In this document: positions 50,071 through 63,444 of the stretch, piece after piece
How the letters are laid out: every line of letters starts with the position of its first letter
Numbering within the stretch: the stretch's first letter is position 1
Origin: Felis catus
Taxonomy: Eukaryota
Reading direction: 5' to 3'
DNA: 64,000 bases
NCBI RefSeq assembly: GCF_018350175.1
Contig: NC_058373.1
Coordinates: 108,254,001-108,318,000, forward strand
Notes under the pieces: generated by a model
The model's input: the letters and a program-made list of their open reading frames with translations, nothing else
What the model was told of the DNA's origin: nothing
The model's database searches: none
Translations under genes and position numbers: made by a program

Positions 50071-50465
50071 TTGTTATACAATGTAATATGGCAAGAAAAA
50101 GAAATAAAAGGCATACAAATTGAAAAGGAAGAAATAAAACTCTCTTTATTTGCAGTTTCATCTCATGGTGACTCATTTCCTCATATGGCTTATGAGAATT
50201 TTGCTAGTTCGTCTTCAGTGAGGGTTGCCCCTATGCTCAGTAACTTAAAGACCCATATGCCCTGAGCTGTGAGTTGGAATCTACCGAAAAGCTGCTAGAA
50301 CTAGTGAGTGAGTCTAGCAGTTTCACAGAATGCAAGATAAAATATACAAAAACCATTTTTTTCTATATCACTGGCAAAAATAATATCTATAATTTAAAAA
50401 AAACCAATACTATGTACACTAGCATTAAAAATATGGAATACTTAGGGAACAATGTAAAGAAATAT
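50071..50465 (+). mobile_element. Inverted L1 ORF2 RT segment
   Basis: Plus-strand peptides QEKEIKGIQIEKEEIKLSLFA and ESTEKLLELVSE inside a minus-strand L1. Confidence 0.88.
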
Positions 50466-51049
50466 TGTAGTGTTGAAGAGAATGGCCTTACTCCCAGACT
50501 TAGGAAGAAAATATTCAGTCTTTTATTATTAAGTCTGATGCTACCTATAGGTTTGTGTTAGTTGCCCTTTATCAGGTTATGGCAGTTGCCTTCTATTCCT
50601 AGCTTGCTGAGCATTTTGATCAAGAATGGATGTTGAAGTTTGTCAACTCCTTTTTCTGTATCTATTGAGGAGATTAGTTTTTCTTCTTGAGTGTTGCTAG
50701 GTTGAATTACATTGATTTTGAATGTTGACCCATTTTTGCTACTTGGTCTTATGTATTATCCTTTATTATGTATTGTTGGACTTTTTTGGAATGGATAAAA
50801 TTTTAAGAAATTTTGTGTTTAGGTTTTTGTTCATAAAAAATATTGGCCTAAGTTTTCTTACTGTTTTTGCCCAGTTTTGGTATCAAGAGAATCATGGTCT
50901 CATAAAATGAGTTGGGAGATGCTTTTTTATCTTCTTTTTTTCTTAAAGCATTTGTGCAAGATTGGTATTATTTCTTCCTTAAATGTTCAATAGAAGTTCC
51001 TAGTGAAGACTTCTGGTTCTGGAGGTTTTTATTTAAAATTATAAATTCA

Positions 51050-51240
51050 GGGTACCTGAGTGCCTCAGTCCGTTAAGCATCTGACTCTTGATTTAATCTC
51101 AGGTCATGATCTCATGGTTGTGAGATTGAGCCCCATGTTGGGCTCCATGCTGGGTGTGGAGCCTGCTTAAGATTATCTGTCTCCCTCTCCTCCTCACATG
51201 CTCTCTATCTCTGTAAATATAAATAAATAAACATTAAAAA
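51050..51240 (+). mobile_element. CanSINE, older subfamily
   Basis: TSD aaaa(t/c)tataaattca at 51035-51049 and 51241-51255. Confidence 0.93.
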
Positions 51241-51259
51241 AAACTATAAATTCAATTTC

Positions 51260-51950
51260 TTAGATCTCCAGAACTTACTTATTTTTCATAACTGAAACTT
51301 TGTAACCTTTGACCAACACCTCTCCATGTCTTCCTCCCCCAGCCCTTGGTAACCACCATTCCACTCTCTGCTTCTATGTGTTTGACTATTGTAGGTGCCA
51401 CATATAAGTGAGATCATGTAGTATTTGTCTTTCTGTGTTTGGCTTATTTCACTTAGCATAATATTCTCCATGTCCATCAATATTGTTGTAAATGGCAGGA
51501 TTTGTTTTTTAAGTCTGAATAATATTCCATTTTATGCTTATACCACATTTTCTTTATCCATTCATCCATTGATAGACATTTAAGTTATTTCCATATCTTG
51601 CCAATTGTAAATAATGCTGCAATGAACATGGGAGTGCAGATATGTCTTTGAGACCTCCATTACAGTTCCTTTGGATATATAACCAGAAGTGGGATCGCTA
51701 GATCAAATGATAACTCTATGTTTAATTTTTTGAGGAAACTCCAATTTTTTCCATAGTGGCTACACCAATTTACTTTTCCACCAGCCGTATACAATTTACA
51801 TTCCCACCAACCATTCCCTTTTGTACACATTCTTACCAACTCTTTTCTTTTTTTTCTTTTCTTTTTTAAATAATAGTCATCATAGCAGCTATAAGGTAGT
51901 TTATTTTTCCCTTATGATTAGTTGTTTTGAACACTTTCTATATAGGTCCT
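51260..51950 (-). mobile_element. L1MA9-like 3' end
   Basis: tagatctccagaactta...cataactgaaactttgta...ctttgaccaaca motif; peptide MENIMLSEISQTQKDKY. Confidence 0.85.
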
Positions 51951-52424
51951 TTGCCTTTTTTTTCATACATTTTTGAAGATTTTTCATTTAAATAAACATT
52001 CATAATTGTTATGTACTCCTGATGAATTGATCCCTTTTTCATTATGGAATGATCCTTTTATTCTGGTAATATTTTATATTCTGAAATCTACTTTGATCTT
52101 AGTATAGCCATTCAGCTTTCTTTGTGTAGTGTTAGTGTGGTTCATCTTTTTCTATCTATCTATTTATTTTACTTGTACCTTTCTATATCTTTTTATTTAA
52201 GTAAGTTTCTTATAGATAGTGCACATAATAAAATCTTACTTTTTAATCCAATATTACAATCTGTTTTTTAGCTGGTGAGTTTAGGCCATTTCTATTTAAG
52301 GTAATTATTATTAATGTTGGATTTAAATCTATCTTACTATTTAGTTCAATTTGTCTTATCTGTTCCTTGTTCTTTTTTGTTTCCTACTTTTTTTGGATTA
52401 AATGAGAATTATGTTTCTATTTAT

Positions 52425-52570
52425 CTTGGGAAAGTTACTTGACCTCTTTAGGCTTCATTTTTTAAATCTGTAAAATGCATGGATAATTGTACCTCCTTTA
52501 CAATATTGTGACATGGGTTGGAAATAAATTATGAATAGTATGCAATACATAATAGTTGTTATTAATAGTT
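52425..52570 (+). mobile_element. MIR
   Basis: cttgggaaagttacttgacctct...atctgtaaaatg core. Confidence 0.75.
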
Positions 52571-54399
52571 GTAATCATGCTATGTAAATGGCTCCATATC
52601 CTGCTTGATTTTAAATCCAATTATAAACATTTGATGCATTGTTTTACAGCCTTCATTGATGCATAATGAATTACCAAATGCATAATCATAAACTCTTCCC
52701 TGGGTTATAGACAGAAAGCATGTCTGGATGATTTATAGTTTTCTCTATGAACATAATAGATCTTCATACCTGTAGCAATCTTAAGTAAATTTAAAAATTC
52801 TTAATATGGCCAATTGGAAGCCCAGTCTTGGTTTGAAACCTGTGTAAAAGATCTCCCTGCATTGGCTTACCTGAAATTGACTGGATCTCAGCAGCCCCGA
52901 CTCCTTACTGTGCCTTCCTGGCCCCTTTCTATCTCTTCCCAAGGAGAGAAAAATTCTTCCTCACTATTGTCTACGGTAGCTGAGGAGACGGCTGAGCAGT
53001 AAGGAGTTATCTGTTGAAACCAGGGGCACATCTCACTCTGAACTGTGCTGCTTGTCCTGAGATTTGGGAAGGTACTAACTTGGTTTAACTGCCCTTATCC
53101 TTGTCTTCTTCAGGGAGAGGAGTTAGCTCTTGTCTGTTTGAATGTGTAACTCAATTCTAAAAACCGAGTTAAATTTTGCACAATTTGCTTACATTTTGTT
53201 AAAAATACTTCATTATTCCTTTCTGTCAAGCAATTAACTTTAAATAATCTGTTTTTGAGTTGACTACAAAAGAGAATTATAGTAAAACATTATATATTCA
53301 TAGATAAGGGGTGATATTAGCAAATTAATTGGCTTTATTTGTTAGGTTTCTTGTGAAAGGCAATTATTTGTTAAGGATGGCTCAGTGTTTTACTGAGTCT
53401 AAAATATTGACTGTAGATAGATGCTGGGAGAAGAGAGCATGTGAATTGTAAAAACCTGTGAAATTTGAGTATGTGATCTCAGATGTGCTTTAATGTTTGT
53501 TATCTTCTTTTCACCAGGACTCTGCGTGCTACTTGCCTTCCCTTCTTTGTACTTTTTCTGCAGATGTTGGCCATGGATTGTGATATTTTTAGAATATCTA
53601 CCAGAAAACAAATCTCTTTTGGGAATAACATTTATTCATAGCATAACTTTGATATATATTTTTTTTTATTCTAAAACTCTTTCCTTACCTGAATAGGGAT
53701 GATACAAACAGGACAAAGAGGGCAGAGAACCTCCTTTTAAAACATGAGGGATTAATATTCATAATAGAAGTGATAAAGTAGCTTTAAATTATGAATTATT
53801 TCCCATTTTTGACTGTTAATCCCAGCTATCAATCATAATATAGAAAAGATAGAATTTCATGTTAGGATAGTTAAAAGTAAGATGATATTCATACCTACCC
53901 TGTGGCCTTCTAGGAAACTGTAGAATGACTTGTTTCTAGAGGTATGAAAAAAGAACTTATGACCCCCTCTTAATTTTCTTATGTGTTGTGAGGTTTTGGA
54001 CATATTTAATGAACAGTTATCAGTGATACCTGTAAAGCAGAATATGTTCTGCCTTCAGAAATTACACTGATTAATGCTCAGACAAATATACTGGCCAATT
54101 GTGGGGATAAAAGCTTACTTCTGAAATTGGATATGAGCTCTATAGAGGATGGTACACATGAACTCTAGTTGGACAAAACTTTGCAAGATAATATTGTTGA
54201 TATTGAAGAGAAATAGATCTTCTCCTTCTAAGACATTGCTGTGGAAAACTCCAAGTTCATGAGAGGAAAGTGAGACAAGAAGATAAATACAAAATTTAAT
54301 TTTACATCACGGTGAGGTACAGAGAATATTTCTTCTTTGTGCCCCCACACCTTTGTGTTCAGGGGTTACTGTGCTTCAAAGATCAGCCTTTATACTTTT

Positions 54400-54526
54400 T
54401 TTTTAAAGTAGGCTTTATACCCAGTGTGGAGCCCAATGGGGGGCCTGAACTCATGACCATGAGATCAAGACCTGAATTGAGATCAAGAGTTGGACACCCA
54501 ACTGACTGAGCCACTCAGGTGTCCCC
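54400..54526 (-). mobile_element. Short CanSINE lacking the CT tract
   Basis: TSD cagcctttatactttt at 54384-54399 and 54527-54542. Confidence 0.93.
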
Positions 54527-54934
54527 CAGCCTTTATACTTTTAATTTATGTTTGAAAAAAAAATTAAAGGCCATCTGAGTGAAAATCTTGGCAATCATAA
54601 AATAGTAGAGGTCCCTAATACTGTTTAATCTGTAGGATCTAAAAGTGGCCTTTGTATTAAATAGGCTAGCTTTATAGAAGTTAAGATTTTTTAAAACTAG
54701 TGAAACAAGATCTAATTTGTTTGATATGTTCTAACACTTTGCACATAGAAATTTTCCATTTGATGTGAGTCGTGTGCCAAATGATGAATGTAATGCCACT
54801 TTAGAGTCTAGTTATTCTAAATATAAAATTAAAAGAACTAGAGGAGATGAACTCCAGAAATGGAGAGAGAACACACAGATGTTTTTTTTAGGGGGTGGGG
54901 GGGAGCTGGGACAGTTTCATTTCTGTGATTTAGG

Positions 54935-55318
54935 AGTAGTTTCCAAGTGCTTGAGCACCTTGTCTCACAAAGTACAGTCGTGGACTAGTAAACATGCACA
55001 TCTAGGAGCTTGGTAGAGCTGTAGACTCTCAGACCTACTGAGTCAGAGTCTGCATTTTTTAAAAATATTTATTTATTTTTGAGAGAGTGCAAGTGGAGAG
55101 GGGAAGAGACAGGGGGACAGAGGATCTGAGGTGGGCTCTGTGCTGACAGGCTGACAGCAGCGAGCCTGATGTGGGACTCAAACTCACGAACCGCGAGGTC
55201 ATGACATGAGCCAAAGTTGGTTGCTTAACCAACTGAACCACACAGGTGCCCCCAGAGTCTGCATTTTAACACAATCCCCAGGAGATTCATAAGCACATTA
55301 AAGTTTTAGGGGCGCTGC
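54935..55318. mobile_element. MER5A1-like MITE split by a SINE
   Basis: cagacctactgagtcagagtctgcattttaaca...ccccagg...gcacattaaagttt. Confidence 0.8.
55059..55252 (-). mobile_element. CanSINE
   Basis: TSD cagagtctgcatttt at 55044-55058 and 55253-55267. Confidence 0.94.
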
Positions 55319-55667
55319 TTGAAAATGATGAGATCTGGCTATGCATTGCCTGATGTCAGTGCTGTGGCTTTTGCATGTGGATACATAATCCTTCTTGATT
55401 CCTCAGGGGATAGTCTTATATGAAAATGGCCATGCGAACCTGAATTTTCCTCCTATAATTTACCTTTCTACTTTTGGATACATTCCTTGTTGAAAGTGAA
55501 AAGTCAGACAGTTTTTGGGAATTAGACATATTTCTGTGGATTGTGTATACATAAAGTAAGATAGGAGACTTAGGAATTGGGAAAGAGCTAGAAAATTTTG
55601 AAGGAGAAAAGAAACTCCAAGCTTATTTTTGATATTTACATGGTTAAGACATTTAAAAAGTACTTGT

Positions 55668-56070
55668 TGACTCAGGGTTCTTGGTTGTAGCAATCAACGA
55701 GTGCCAGTTGATCAGGGTCTCTGGGAGGGCTGGAGAGTCAAGTTGTGGCTATGAAGCCAGGGATGGAGCCCGAATCAGCCTACAGAGTGGGTCTGATGGA
55801 CACTCCTGTTACGGCAGAGTAGTAGAGGCTGTGGCTTGCACCCTGGGCACTGTTGGTACTGAGCCCTACATGCCAATACCTGCCCTGCTGCAGCAGGAGC
55901 TCTGTACTGTTTGTAGCATCTCTGTTCCCAGAGGGAGTTCTGGGTGATTTCTGTATTCGTGGGTCAGTTCATCTGATTGGTAGTCCTAGATCATGTACCT
56001 TTGTCCCAACTTCAAGGGAAGCTGGGAAAGCAAGTTTTTGGCATTTTCACTGTCACTATGGGAGGTGAAC
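55668..56070 (-). mobile_element. Old MaLR LTR (MLT1K/L-like)
   Basis: tcagggttcttggttg start; ctgattgg...cctagatcatgt...aagggaagctgggaaagcaagt motifs. Confidence 0.7.
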
Positions 56071-56162
56071 ACTGCCTCATTAGGTTGGGGAATTCCTTAT
56101 ACATAGAAACAGGGTTGAGATGCAGGTGGACAAAAAGAATGAGAAATGTTTGATAGGATTGC

Positions 56163-56163
<1 letters not shown>

Positions 56164-56210
<47 letters not shown>
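56164..56210. repeat. (TG)n microsatellite
   Basis: Read directly. Confidence 0.98.
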
Positions 56211-56211
<1 letters not shown>

Positions 56212-59200
56212 CAGTTTACTGGAGATTTTTATTTCAGCTGGACATCTTTCTGATTTTATGATGAAGGTTGTTAAGGAAAAATAGGATCTATTTTTCAGAA
56301 TTGTGCTTCTTTGTTGAAAGTGCTAATATAAATATCAAATATATATAATACCAAATATTCATTTAGATTGCATTTAACCAGGACAAAACTTGATGTTTTC
56401 TGTGGGATTAAAGAGCTTCCTAGCACTGACTCTGAAATACAGAGTTCATCACATTCACTTTCTAAATGAGGATCACATTTAGCGAAACCCTGACCGTGTA
56501 ATCAAGATAATGAGAGATTTTTAATTTGCCTGAGAGTGACTCGGTTGTAGAGTACACACTTTGACTTGTGTTCTGATGGGAGGTTGAGAAATTATCACTG
56601 CCTCTGTGTACATGAGACACAAGGCAGAAAACAAAATCAGCACGCACTGTGTCATATTTGTACTGAGATAACACCGAGGAACAGCTGTGACTCTTTCAAA
56701 TGACTCCATTTGTTTGATAATTGCTGGGTAAAAATAGTGCCACTATGGGCTATTTCAGGGTGGCAGATGGCGTTCTAGATTATGTTCCTTTCCTTGTGCC
56801 CAAAAAGAACAGGACTGAGTCTTTCAGAAAATTATTGTCTGTGTATGAGAGAGCATCAGGGAGGGGGCAGGGCATCATTTCAGGCTCTGTTCTACGGGTA
56901 GGTGCAAAGCAGAGGTTGGGCTCTAAGGGAAACAGGGAATTGAATTATTCCAGCCTGAGCAATGATGGGAAATAAAGGCATCTGTCTGTTGCCTAGGAAC
57001 AGAAATATCTTGTGCCTCTGCTACAGCTGGAGGAACCAGGTCATTTACGTTCAGAGTTCACCCATCAGTTATTCAAACAGACCTGCAGTGAGCCTTCTTT
57101 TCTTCTTGGCCTTTTGAGGGGCTGTTCTCATTGGATACTCCTAGCTTGCTTCTACTCAGCAAACTGCTCCCATGCTCCTAATGCATTGTCTCAAAACTGT
57201 GCAGATCAGAAATCTGTATTACCTGAGGGTAGAAACAGATTTTCTTCAGGAGCTGGCCCTTGGTTCTTTTATGTATTAGGAAGCCAATGGAGCCCCTTGT
57301 GAGTGGAGCATAGCATTCAGCCTTTCATCTGAATGGCATGTGATGTTTGATATCTTGTTGGCACTCTCACCTGCACCTCAAGGAGGGAAGCTTATCATAC
57401 ACACACTCCCTCCCTTAGGTCTAGAGTCAAGGAGGGGGGCAGAAACACTGATCTTTTGGGAATGCTGAGGGCCCACTTCTGGGTACTAAGAAGGTAGGAC
57501 AAAGTTTTGCAACTTTACCTGTATATATGAATCTCTTTACAAAATATATATTCAGGAGAACTACTCTCTAAAATCTGATTCATTGGATCTTTGGTGCAGC
57601 CTATGACCCCATGGGTTTAAAAGTTTTCCAGGTAATTAGAACTTTAAAGTCAGTCCCATTTTCTCCTTACTCATCTGCGGCTTAAGAGAATCAGGCCCCT
57701 GAACCAGTCTGGGGACAAAAAGTCCTGGGCGCTAAGTTCTTGGGCTTCCTCTTTCCTGTCCAGAGCTGAGTGCTTGCCCTTTGTCCTTCTCCCTAGAAAG
57801 TTCTGTGTGCTGATGGTCACATGGTTCCCACAAAGATGTGTTCCTTGGTCTTCATAGTTTGGCTGGGAATACTTACTCTCTCAGGAGCACTCAGAAGGAG
57901 AATTGAGGCTTGCGGTTGGGTAGAAACATAGTACAAATATTTAGGAGGGAACTAGGCTGTGGGAAACTGATTAGTAGAGCCCTAATCCCTGGGTGTTTCT
58001 GACCAGGAAGAGTCATAAGAGCAGAACATTCTAGGCACATAGGCACACATTGTAAATATATCTGGCCCTGCAGGTATGTGAATGCCTCTTAAGTCCACTC
58101 ACCATTCTCTAGGGGTCCTAGGAAATCCATATAGCTTAAATAAGAGTATTGTAGTATGAAGCAGCAAATAATTTAAGAAGTGAATGACATGTAGTTCCTA
58201 TTTACCTTGTTTATTATCTTTTTAGAAAGAATGAAAGTGATTTTTATTACATTGAAAGCGAAGGTGATTATACAACCTTTAAAACATTCTTGGTAAATGA
58301 TGAAAAAAAAAAAGCTGAATACTTCTCCTAGAAAGCCACAAGCCACAGGCAGGTATTTCTTGGCTGTTTTTTTCCTCAGTTATGTAAACGTCCATTTGTG
58401 GGAACAACAGAGTTGATCCAGAAATCTCATTTTAAAGAGAGCTGAGATGTAGTTCAGCTGTCGTGTGCATGAAAGGAAATTCCACTGGGGATCATGTGCA
58501 TGATTCCCAAATGCTGGCATACTACCTCGGCATAATGGGTCTGATTTTTAGGTATACCTGGCCTGGAAATCAATCTCACTGGCTACATGGTCACACTTGA
58601 AACAAACTCACTTTTCTCACACTGGCTTGCCAAGTCCTTAGGACTTTGATTTGAAAAAGGAGAAAAAGTTCAACCAGATTCACAGCAAAACTTGGGTTTT
58701 GAAGCAATTTGAATTAATGATTATTTTTTTCTGCCCCCACTTCCTGCTTTCTCCCCCCCCCCCCCCACTTTTTTTTATATCAGCACAGACTCTAAAATGA
58801 ACTTGAAGCTCTCCCCCTTCTGGTGATGTGGGTTAGGACAAATCAGAGAACATTAGAAAGTTTTTAGCTAATTTGTAGTGGGAGGTGTAAAGATGCCACC
58901 TGGGAGGGGCTTGGAGTGGCAGTCTGGGAGCTGGGAGGATTTGTCTAGAAGCTATGTTTGTGAGGAAAGCACATTTACTTTATAATGTTTATTTAGGATA
59001 ATGACAGTTCCCTCAAACCCCCCAATACCCTTCTTGCTACCATTCTTAGTTACTAACAGTCTCTTGTATGCAGAATTGGGCCCCTCTTCCTCACAATTTC
59101 CTGCTATTAATTTGGTTTCTTTGTGTGAGTCCCTTTGTCACAATAGACTTAATATGTTTCTAAGGAAAGTGTCAGCCATATCGCATCCCAGAATATCATC

Positions 59201-59732
59201 AAAGCATCTACCACTGTGTTTACACATAGCAAACACTTCGTGACTTTATTATTAATTAATAGTATTTTATTAATTTCCTAGATGGCTCCCGTAATGATTT
59301 TTAAAAAGTAGGAGAAATGTGCTTCTTCTTTCCTCTCCTATTTGGCCTCCAAGTTAGTAAAATGAGTGACAGAGAGATTGGAACTTCCAAGAAGTTAGGA
59401 TCCCTTTTCAGTAGTGCCCCAGGAACGCTTATCATTGGATACATTACTTTACCTCTCTGGATCTCAGCTTTAACATTTTGTGATGCATGACTTTGTGACA
59501 CAAATATTCCCAGATGCCCCATTCCCATGGTCCCATGACTTCTCATTGCCAAAAAAAAAAAAAAAAAAATGGCACTGCCACCAGCATTTTCATTTTAGGG
59601 AGCCTGCTCTCTGGAACCCATTCCATTCTCCCAGCCTACCCTTTCCAGTCCTGTCACCCCAGCAGACCTCTCATCCATTGCCCTACCACATTGTCATTAT
59701 TCACAATACCCCCTTTTTCCTTACTTTCCTTA

Positions 59733-59939
59733 TTTTTTAATGTTTTTTACTTCTGAGACAGAGAGAGACAGAGCATGAGTGGGGGAGGGACGGAGAGAGA
59801 GGAGACACAGAATCAGAAGCAGGCTTCAGGCTCTAAGCTGTTAGCACAGAGCCCAACGTGGGGCTTGGACTCACAAACCATGAGATCATGACCTGAGCCG
59901 AAGTCGGTCGCTCAACCGATTGAGCCACCCAGGCGCCCC
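59733..59939 (-). mobile_element. CanSINE
   Basis: Antisense full-length copy flanked by ctttcctt. Confidence 0.95.
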
Positions 59940-59944
59940 TTTCC

Positions 59945-60163
59945 TTTTTTTTTTTTTTAAACTTACTTAGTTATTTTGAGAGAAAAGAGGATGCATACAT
60001 GATTGGAGGAGGGGCAGGGAGAGAAGGAGAGAGAGAATCTGAGGTCAGCTCTATACTGTCAGCACAGAGCCTGATCTGGGGCTCGAGTCTACGAACTGTG
60101 AGATCATGACCTGAGCTGAAATCAAGAGTTGTCTCTTAACTGTCTGAGCCACCAAGATGCCCC
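59945..60163 (-). mobile_element. CanSINE, older, in tandem with the previous copy
   Basis: Antisense head, GA tract, T tail. Confidence 0.92.
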
Positions 60164-60759
60164 TACTTTTTTTTTAAACCTAGTTTAGATTTCACAATCT
60201 CCCAGTAGTTATTTAAGCAGCTAAATGTTGCAGGAGAAAAACACATAGTGCTTATTGATCTATAAATTCATGACATAAATCTAAAATTTACCCTTGACGC
60301 TGCCTGGCAATTCTACTTACACTTTCTTAGTACATTTATTCTACATTGCAGAGCACTCACACTGTCTTCTCTTGCCCCTAGCTCCCTAGACTCCTTTCAG
60401 ATTTACCCTCAGCTGATGCCCTTGCCTCAAAATCTATTGAGAAAATAGAAATAGTAAGGCAAGCCAAATACCTATCATCAAATCTAACAGCCCTCTTCCA
60501 TCTTTATCTGTTTTCCATTTCCTACCCGTATCTGCAGGTGAAATGTCTTTGTTTTCATCAAAGGCTGTTTCTACTTGTTCTCTTCTAACTTTGTCACTGA
60601 TATACTGAAGATACATTCTCATTTGCCTAGTTTAATACTGGTTGTATTTGTTGGCCTGACATAATTATGGATAAACAGTTCCCTTATCGTGACCCAGTTT
60701 GGACAATAGATTATACAGGACCCTTACTCATATAACAAAGTTCCAAATGTGTTCAGATC

Positions 60760-61360
60760 ATCTCTATGCCAATATTGCACTGACCTACTTTAGTTACTTC
60801 ACAGGTTAGCTAGTTACCTAGCTTTGTAATAAATCCTGGTACATGCGGAGCAAACGCTCCCTTCTTTTCTTACAGGTGTATTGGCTCTTCTTAGCCCTTG
60901 ACTATTTGTGCATTTTAGAATCAAATTTTGCACATTTCCACAAAATCTAGTTGTGGTTTTGATTGGCACACTGAGTCTCTCGATCAATTTGGGGAGAATT
61001 GACATCATTACAAAATCAAATCTTCCTATTCATTAGCACATGCATTGCTCTATTAGTTTTTCCTTAATATCTTTTTTAAAATGTCACAATTTTCTGTATC
61101 CAGCTTAAGCATATATTTTTAAATATTTCTTAATAAGTATTTTTATAGTTTTCATTTCTATTTTAAATGGTGTATTAAAAATATGTCTTATTTTGTTTTT
61201 GTTCTGGTGCAATTGACTTGTATATTGTGTTATATGCAACCAGCTTGCTAAATTTTCCTTTTATTTATAATAGTTCATAAATTTGTTAGGATTTTCTATA
61301 TAGATAATCATATCACTTGCAAAAAAAATGATGGTTTTGTTTCTTCTTTTCCAATCCTTC
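60760..61360 (-). mobile_element. Old L1 ORF2 fragment
   Basis: gatcaatttggggagaattgacatc motif; peptide MSILPKLI. Confidence 0.8.
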
Positions 61361-61382
61361 TGTTTAGAAGACGCCACTTTTT

Positions 61383-61664
61383 GAAAGACAAAAATCATAT
61401 GACTTCACTCATATGAGGACTTTAAGAGACAAAACAGATGAACATAAGGGAAGGGAAACAAAAATAATATAAAAACAGGGAGGGGGACAAAACAGAAGAG
61501 ACTCATAAATATGGAGAACAAACTGAGGGTTACTGGAGGGGTTGTGGGAGGGGGCATGGGCTAAATGGGTAAGGGGCATTAAGGAATCTACTCCTGAAAT
61601 AATTGGTGCACTACATGATAACTAATTTGGATGTAATTTTTAAAAAATAAAAAATAAAATAAAA
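61383..61664 (+). mobile_element. Carnivore/felid L1 3' end, heavily 5'-truncated
   Basis: gagaacaaactgagggttactggagggg 3' UTR, A-rich tail, degenerate TSD aagac(gcc/cct)actttt. Confidence 0.9.
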
Positions 61665-61899
61665 AAGACCCTACTTTTTATTGACATATAGTATATACAT
61701 AGGAAGGAGTTCACACAAATTTATCTCTTGATATTTTTTCACAAAGTGAACATACTTATTTAGCTAGTACCTAGATCAGAAAACAGAACATTATTTGTAC
61801 CTCAGAAGCTCTCTAACACTCCCTTCCATCACCATCTCTCCAAAGAATAACCCTGTACTTCTAATAATTGTCTGGTCTTACTGACTTGACTCACTCACA

Positions 61900-62870
61900 G
61901 CACCCTCTCCCCAGTGTATAACTCTCTCCCTTTCTGCTGGAATATACAAACATGCTTTCAAACCATCCTTCTTAAATAGCTCTTCTATGCCTCTTTCTAT
62001 CCATGGCTCCATTTTACTACTCCCCTTCAGCAAAACTTTTTGTACAAATGTTCATAGTCACTGTCTCTAATTCCTCACTTTTCTGATTTTATGGTTTGAA
62101 TCTGGCTTTTGTCTGTGGCATTCTACTGAAACATCTCCTGTCAAGATTCCAGTGACCTCCATGACACCAAATCCAATAGAAGGCTCTGTCTGTATCCTTC
62201 TCCATCTCTTAGCATCATTTGGTGTAATTGGTCCTTTCTCATCTTGAAATACTTCCTTTTCATGGTTTCCATTTATTCATTTGGGTAATTGCTTGACTAA
62301 TGCCCCTTTCTCTACCTAGATTCCAAGTTCTGCAAGGGCAAGGGTGAGAGAGAACTTTTTCACTGCTCTATCCCCAGTATCTAGTCCAGTGTCTGGTAGG
62401 TAGTAGATTGACAGATATTTGTTACCCGGGCCTTTGGGATGGCATTGCATATTCAGCCACTTTTGTCTCATGTCTACTTGGATGTCTTATAGGTACCTCA
62501 CATTCACAAGGTCCTAAATGTTTTGTTATCATATTCTGCACACACTCTCCTCCACTAGTGTGTCCTCTCTCTGTGTGCATGTCTACCATCCATTAATCCA
62601 GAAACCTTACCTCCTTCCTCTTCCTCATCCCTGCATCCAATCCATCATGAGTACCTGACCATACCACTGCCTAAGTACCTCTTTAAAACCATCTACCATC
62701 CCAATTCTCCTCCTTCTGACCATGTTGAATGTTACTGTAACAGCTTCCAAACTCCTGTTCTGAGTCGTTCTAAACTCTGACATTGCTCCCCTCCAAATGG
62801 TTCTCTACACGGCAGCCAAAGGTGGCACTTTTAAAAATACAAATATAATCAAATCACCCTCCTATAGCAA
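61900..62870 (+). mobile_element. L2 remnant
   Basis: tctggctttt...ctactgaaac.tctcctgtcaag...ccagtgacctccatg...ccaaatccaat; tctacttggatgtct motifs. Confidence 0.78.
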
Positions 62871-63044
62871 GCATTATACCATATACTAGCCTCCAAAATA
62901 TAAAAATAGAATTAACATATAGGGTAAGCAAGATAGTGCAGGTCTGCGCTATCAAATACAAAGTATCATGTAATATTTGTATTTAATTTTTGTATCACTC
63001 TTTTCCCAAATCATTAGAACATCCTTTGGATTCTCTACAACTGC

Positions 63045-63396
63045 TTTTTTAAATTATTTGTTTATATTTTAAAATTTACATCCAAGTTAATTAGCATGTA
63101 GTGCAATAATGACTTCAGGAGTAGAATCCAGTGATTCATCTCCTATGTATAACACCCAGTGCTCATCCAAACAAGTGTCTTCCTCAATGCCCCTTGACCG
63201 TTTAGTCCATACCCCCACCTGCAACCTCTCCAGCAACCCTCAGTTTGTTCTTTATATTTAAGAGTTTCTTATGTCTGTCCACCTCCCTGTTTTTATATTA
63301 TTTTTGCTTCCCTTCCCCTATATTCATCTGTTTTGTATCTTAAATTCCACATATGAAGTCATATAATATTTGTCTTTCTCTGACTGCCTAACTTCA

Positions 63397-63444
<48 letters not shown>

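Larger units (their letters stand above)
47870..52420 (-). mobile_element. Old L1 (L1MB-like), fragmented by nested insertions and an internal inversion
   Basis: taactttattgaagtat...aaaattcacc 3' end; collinear antisense ORF2 remnants. Confidence 0.85.

Noticed and set aside
53540..53580. Strong acceptor ttctttgtactttttctgcag followed by atgttggccatgg as exon 2
   Set aside because: No matching donor or convincing reading frame, and it does not continue the expected peptide; such acceptors occur by chance in long introns
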